From: a virus
Taxonomy: Duplodnaviria > Caudoviricetes
DNA: 64,000 nt
Strand: one strand, 5' to 3'
Virus record (IMG/VR): IMGVR_UViG_3300042462_000099
Span: 7,881-71,880 of that record
This document shows, piece by piece, positions 60,033-64,000 of this stretch. Below the pieces are notes generated by a model. It ran no database searches, had not been told where the DNA came from, and saw nothing but the letters and a program-made list of their open reading frames with translations. Numbering within the stretch: position 1 is the stretch's first letter; the number at the start of each line of letters is the position of its first letter. A program made the translations under genes and the position numbers.

Positions 60033-60455
60033 ATGGCAAGAGCAAAAGCAATAAATGTAAAAATCCCAACAGTTCGTGTAATCGCAGGATTAGAGGAAGC
60101 ACTAACTAAGTTAGAGGCAGACTACGCAACACAAGAACAAAAAGAAGCAGAGTTCCAAACTGCTTACAAGGCTTGGCAGACAGAATTGGGAAATTGGGCT
60201 ATTGCTCATTTCTCAAATGCTGAAAACCTCCGCACCAACTATCGTTCTTGGTCAGAAACACTAAATGTTGATTTTGACATCAAGACAAAGGAAACAGACT
60301 TTCCAACAGAACCTGAAAAGGATTTTGAGGTTATTCACGGAAGCACCTACCGAGAGTCTAAGAAAGAAATTGCTAACGCAATTCGTATTCTAAAGATGAC
60401 AGATGAGGAAACAGTAAATACCTCAACCTACAACGCAATCGCTCAGTATCTATAA
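60033..60455 (+). CDS. hypothetical protein
   Basis: 140-aa ORF with own TGTCAG-N10-TATAAT promoter. Confidence 0.8.
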   Translation: MARAKAINVKIPTVRVIAGLEEALTKLEADYATQEQKEAEFQTAYKAWQTELGNWAIAHFSNAENLRTNYRSWSETLNVDFDIKTKETDFPTEPEKDFEVIHGSTYRESKKEIANAIRILKMTDEETVNTSTYNAIAQYL

Positions 60456-60464
60456 TTAGATACA

Positions 60465-60492
60465 ACTCCTGAGTATGAGTCTAAACTGCTCA
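60465..60492 (+). ncRNA. candidate pseudoknot RNA motif, copy 3
   Basis: ACTC-CTGAGTAT-GAGT-ctaaa-CTGCTCA. Confidence 0.65.
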
Positions 60493-60637
60493 ACCACGAC
60501 CACAGAAATGCGTGGCTAAATAAATAGAGTGGAGAATTCGCCAGGCTGATTAGGGCGATCATAGAAATACTATAGAGCGTCTACCCCTTAGACTGGATGG
60601 GGGACCAGTTCACACCAACTGTCAAATGAGGTGTAAC

Positions 60638-60663
60638 TACCTGAGTAAGTATCAAAACTGCTC
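60638..60663 (+). ncRNA. candidate pseudoknot RNA motif, copy 4
   Basis: TAC-CTGAGTAA-GTA-tcaaaa-CTGCTC. Confidence 0.6.
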
Positions 60664-60737
60664 CCCGCAAGGGTCCTTGACAATTGTCAGTGGCCAGTAG
60701 TATAATTAAATTAACCAACTAACAGAAAGAGGCCCCC

Positions 60738-61157
60738 GTGGACCAACCAGTAATAGATAATCACTATATGACACGAGAGTTTTTAGAAACAACTCTTGTA
60801 CAAAACAAAGAACGCATTCAACAACTTGAGGAGCACATCCAAAAAGTAACTCAGCGCTCATATCAAGATTCTGCAGATAAGAATCGTATGGTTGAATCAA
60901 TGCAAGAGTGGACCCTTGGAGAATTAGAAAACCAAGACATCACAGAAGAGCAAGCCGAAGCAATTGCAGAAATTATGGGCTTTGAATTAACAAAAGAATT
61001 CGAAGTTGAAGTTACTGTTATGTACTCAGTGACTGTTAATGCTCGTACAGAAGAAGACGCAACAAATGCAATTCACGATATTGATTTTGATACTGTTGAT
61101 TACAATTCAGATTCAATTGCTTATTTGTCATCATCAATTGACAGAGTGGATATTTAG
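60738..61157 (+). CDS. acidic coiled-coil hypothetical protein
   Basis: 139-aa ORF; TTGACA-N18-TATAAT promoter upstream. Confidence 0.8.
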   Translation: MDQPVIDNHYMTREFLETTLVQNKERIQQLEEHIQKVTQRSYQDSADKNRMVESMQEWTLGELENQDITEEQAEAIAEIMGFELTKEFEVEVTVMYSVTVNARTEEDATNAIHDIDFDTVDYNSDSIAYLSSSIDRVDI

Positions 61158-61171
61158 TAGGGGGCTACTAA

Positions 61172-61200
61172 TAAACCTGAGCACGTTTAAAAACTGCTCA
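61172..61200 (+). ncRNA. candidate pseudoknot RNA motif, copy 5
   Basis: TAAAC-CTGAGCAC-GTTTA-aaaa-CTGCTCA. Confidence 0.68.
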
Positions 61201-61223
61201 CCTTTTAATTCCCTCAAAATTTT

Positions 61224-61339
61224 CCTAGCGTGTCGGTGTGATATTTATCACATATGTTTAAGATCACATTTAAAAAATGTCCGAATTGCCCTATGTCTGG
61301 CTATACGATTTGACTTTTGTCAGCCTATGGGTGTATGAT
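61224..61339 (+). promoter_or_regulatory. GACAC site + CRP-type site(s) + TTGACT/TGTCAG promoter
   Basis: GCGTGTCG 61228, TGTGA-N6-TCACA 61237-61252, TGTCAG-N10-TATGAT 61318-61339. Confidence 0.78.
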
Positions 61340-61369
61340 TAGATTATCAACAACAGAAAGAAGGAAATC

Positions 61370-62392
61370 GTGGCTCACGATATTGAAACTCAAAACGGCA
61401 AGGCATCATTCGCATCATTCCGTGAACCTGCTTGGCACGGATTAGGTACAGTCTTTACAGAAGAAAAGACAACCGCAGAAATGTTGGAAGCAGCAAATCT
61501 AAATGGTTGGAATGTTCGTCTTGAAGATTTAGAAGCACCTACACACTTAACAAGCGATAAGCAATACCAATATGTATTGCGTACAAATCCTACAGATAAC
61601 GCTCAGACCGACATTCTTGGAATTGTTGGCGAACGCTATCACCCACTACAGAATGAAGATTTATTCTCATTCGGTGACAATATTCTTGACGGCGGGGGTC
61701 GTTGGGAAACGGCTGGCTCAATCAAGGGTGGTCGTGTTGTATTCGGTGCTTTAGCATTAGAGCGTGAAACAATTCTTGACCCTAACGGCGTGAGCGATAA
61801 GGTAAAAACTTATTTGCTCATCAACACATCACACGACGGCTCGATTGCTATTCAAGCAAGTATCACACCAGTTCGTGTTGTATGCGCTAACACTCTTAAC
61901 CTTGCTCTTGGTGGCGTAGGTCGTAAGAAGAATAAGGGCATCAAGCAATCTTTCAAGATTCGCCACACACAGACCGCTAACGGCAAGGTACAAATTGCTC
62001 GTGAAACTCTTGGTCTTGCTAATGCTTATATGGACGAATTTGATATTATGGCTAAGGCTATGATTGAAAAAGAAGTTTCTGCTAAGCAATTCAATGACAT
62101 CATTCTTGCTGCTTATGCTAAGCCAGAAAAAGATTCTAAGGGTTCAATGAAAAAGTGGGAAAATAAAGTTGATGTCATCAACGATATTTACACTGGTGAA
62201 TTTAACGGAATGATTGCTGGTAATGCGTGGGGTGCTTTCAATGCGCTAACTGAACGCCTTGACTGGTATCGTTCTGCTCGTGGTGGTTCTAACGAATCCA
62301 TTCTCGCATCAGCATCAGGATTTGACCCTGCTATTAACGCAGAAAAAAATCGTTTGCTAAAAGTTGTACAAAATGTTATGTCCTTAGCATAA
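61370..62392 (+). CDS. DUF932 / TIGR03299-like phage-plasmid protein
   Basis: MAHDIE...FASFREPAWHGLG, WETAGSIKGG, SHDGS, TPVRVVCANTL, NAWGAFNALTE. Confidence 0.88.
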   Translation: MAHDIETQNGKASFASFREPAWHGLGTVFTEEKTTAEMLEAANLNGWNVRLEDLEAPTHLTSDKQYQYVLRTNPTDNAQTDILGIVGERYHPLQNEDLFSFGDNILDGGGRWETAGSIKGGRVVFGALALERETILDPNGVSDKVKTYLLINTSHDGSIAIQASITPVRVVCANTLNLALGGVGRKKNKGIKQSFKIRHTQTANGKVQIARETLGLANAYMDEFDIMAKAMIEKEVSAKQFNDIILAAYAKPEKDSKGSMKKWENKVDVINDIYTGEFNGMIAGNAWGAFNALTERLDWYRSARGGSNESILASASGFDPAINAEKNRLLKVVQNVMSLA

Positions 62393-62397
62393 CAAAA

Positions 62398-62425
62398 AAT
62401 TCCTGAGCAAGAATTAAAACTGCTC
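62398..62425 (+). ncRNA. candidate pseudoknot RNA motif, copy 6
   Basis: AATTC-CTGAGCAA-GAATT-aaaa-CTGCTC, between a stop codon and the tRNA. Confidence 0.68.
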
Positions 62426-62434
62426 TCCATAACT

Positions 62435-62508
62435 GGAGTGTTAGCATAGTTGGTTAATGCGCTACCCTGTCACGGTAGAGATCACGGGTTCAAGTCCCGT
62501 ACACTTCG
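62435..62508 (+). tRNA. tRNA-Asp (GTC), CCA not encoded
   Basis: Acceptor GGAGTGT/ACACTTC, anticodon arm CTACC-CTGTCAC-GGTAG, T arm ACGGG-TTCAAGT-CCCGT. Confidence 0.93.
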
Positions 62509-62516
62509 CAAAATTT

Positions 62517-62655
62517 CCTAGTAAAAATATTTCTAGCGGTGTGACATTTATCACATTCTTTATTAAGATGATCAATAATATTTCCCTGATTTAGGATTAA
62601 GATGGACTTGACATTTCCCCCAAACCTTCCATTTGTCAGTCCCCTACGCTACAAT
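62517..62655 (+). promoter_or_regulatory. CRP-type site and TGTCAG-N10-TACAAT promoter (leaderless)
   Basis: TGTGA-N6-TCACA 62540-62555; promoter 62634-62655, ATG 6 nt later. Confidence 0.75.
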
Positions 62656-62661
62656 TAAGAT

Positions 62662-64000
62662 ATGACCAAACAAGTGGCAATATATGAAATGAACTACTCC
62701 TGCTCTCCTGGTGGCGTTGACTGCTGGGAAGCAACCATTCAAGGTTATGGGGAGAGCACTACCGCCTCTGACTTTAAGACTGCTGGACAGGCCCTTAATT
62801 GGGTGCTTGACAGATACCCTGACGAAATGTTAGAATTAGTAGTAACCTCACTTCCAGCCTACGAAAAGGAATATGTATGACCCAAACAGTATTAGACCCA
62901 ATGCTACAAGACTACTACTCTTGCGACCTTGCTATCTCTATTACAAATATCAAGGCTAAGAATAGACACCACGCAGAAGCCGTTATGCAAACCTTCATAG
63001 ATGAGATTGCTAAAGTAATGAATGATGAACTTAGTTGGGATGACGCCCAATGGGATATACAAGAAAATGTTTTCCTACCTGAGTTAGGTGAGTGGCATAC
63101 AAAGTGAATACCATTGACGACCTAATCAATGAAATATATGAAAGCAATTACTCTCACTTAGAGTTTGAGGAAAATATGGGTGGAGAGGCTTGCGACTGCC
63201 ATATCCACACTACACTTAATACTATCGCACATTACGCAGGAATAGAGGTAGGCTAATGTTAGGATATACTGAAACTGATATTGCAGTAATGACAGATGCT
63301 ATGGAAGATGCTATCAAATCAGGTAGACTCTCAGATGAGATAACAGATGGTTTGGAGAAGGCTATGTCCTTCTTTGATGGCCTATGGTCAGAAGGGTACT
63401 TTGACTAATGAAAGTTAGAATCAGTCTTGAACAAACCATAGATATAGATGATGCTATGTCTAATGATATAGGGTTTGAACTATACGGTCCACCTGATATG
63501 AGCACGGAAGATAAAGTAGATTATCTAATGGCTCGATTTGCTGAGGACATAGATACTATGGTAAAGTATGATGAAGTCTTGGGCAACATCTCAGTAGAAT
63601 ACATAGAGGACTAATGAACATTGAATCCCGTGAAATTACATACCGCACCATTGTTGAGCAAATCTTCTTTGAGGACGGCACAGAGTTAGTAGTAACAACT
63701 GGCTGGCCTGAAGGTGGCGGTGGAGACTTTGATGTTAAATTAGACTGGGTAGAAGGCGAAGCGCCTGAATGGGCAAAGGAGTATGTTCACAATGTGGAGT
63801 AAGTATACATTTGTTTGCGATCCTGATGAGTGTGATGCTCTCATTCAATTTACCGCCAGGGATGGCTATGGATTCCCTAATGGATCTGTAGAGATGAGAT
63901 GCCCTTGTGGTAGGAAGATGGCTTATATTAGTATTGAAGATGCTTGGGAGCCTATCATTACAGATGTGAGCAAGGTCACACCCCGTGAAGTTGTAAAAAT
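62662..64000 (+). other. early operon of small acidic ORFs (62662-62880, 62877-63107, 63104-63256, 63256-63408, 63408-63614, 63614-63802, 63792->64000)
   Basis: ORF track plus manual translation; ATGA/GTGA/TAATG coupling; last ORF is Cys-containing and truncated by the window edge. Confidence 0.7.

Noticed and set aside
56662-62425. Hammerhead or theta ribozyme, or preQ1 riboswitch identity for the CTGAG motif
   Set aside because: Lacks the CUGAnGA/GAAA three-stem core and HDV-like nested fold; it sits 3' of genes and lacks preQ1 loop consensus. An Rfam search is still needed.
63965-63980. Treating the last CRP-type palindrome as a proven regulatory site
   Set aside because: It lies inside an ORF at the window edge; downstream context is not visible, so it is counted only as a motif occurrence.
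1-64000. Alternative genetic code / stop-codon reassignment
   Set aside because: Long genes are intact in the standard code, TAA, TAG and TGA all end genes, and no suppressor tRNA is seen.

Overview
The window is a 64 kb segment of a large, AT-rich tailed (siphovirus-like) phage. The host is most likely a low-GC freshwater actinobacterium, inferred from GAAAGG/GGAGG SD sites, many leaderless extended -10 promoters, a gp88-like gene and a TIGR03299-like gene. Positions 1-51.6 kb are a minus-strand late/structural region: tail tip, 3341-aa tape measure, two chaperone paralogs, tail tube, neck, major capsid, HK97 protease, portal, class II RNR, three 2OG-Fe(II) oxygenases, fibre genes, two Phe-repeat/Hint-domain proteins, a GDP-mannose 3,5-epimerase and an O-fucosyltransferase-like enzyme. 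Positions 51.6-64 kb are a mostly plus-strand early region of many tiny ORFs plus tRNA-Asp. Four signals stand out. (1) Six copies of a compact, covarying H-type pseudoknot, five sitting just after early-gene stop codons. (2) Repeated intergenic cassettes built from DnaA boxes, perfect CRP-type palindromes, GACAC (WhiA-like) sites and ten TGTCAG-N10-(-10) promoters. (3) A duplicated fibre-adaptor plus FN3/PASTA-[FxFxP]n-Hint cassette sharing a 53-bp identical junction, next to hydroxylation and glycosylation enzymes. (4) Kinase-like and other cargo modules inside the tape measure protein. All calls come from reading motifs by eye; no database searches were run.
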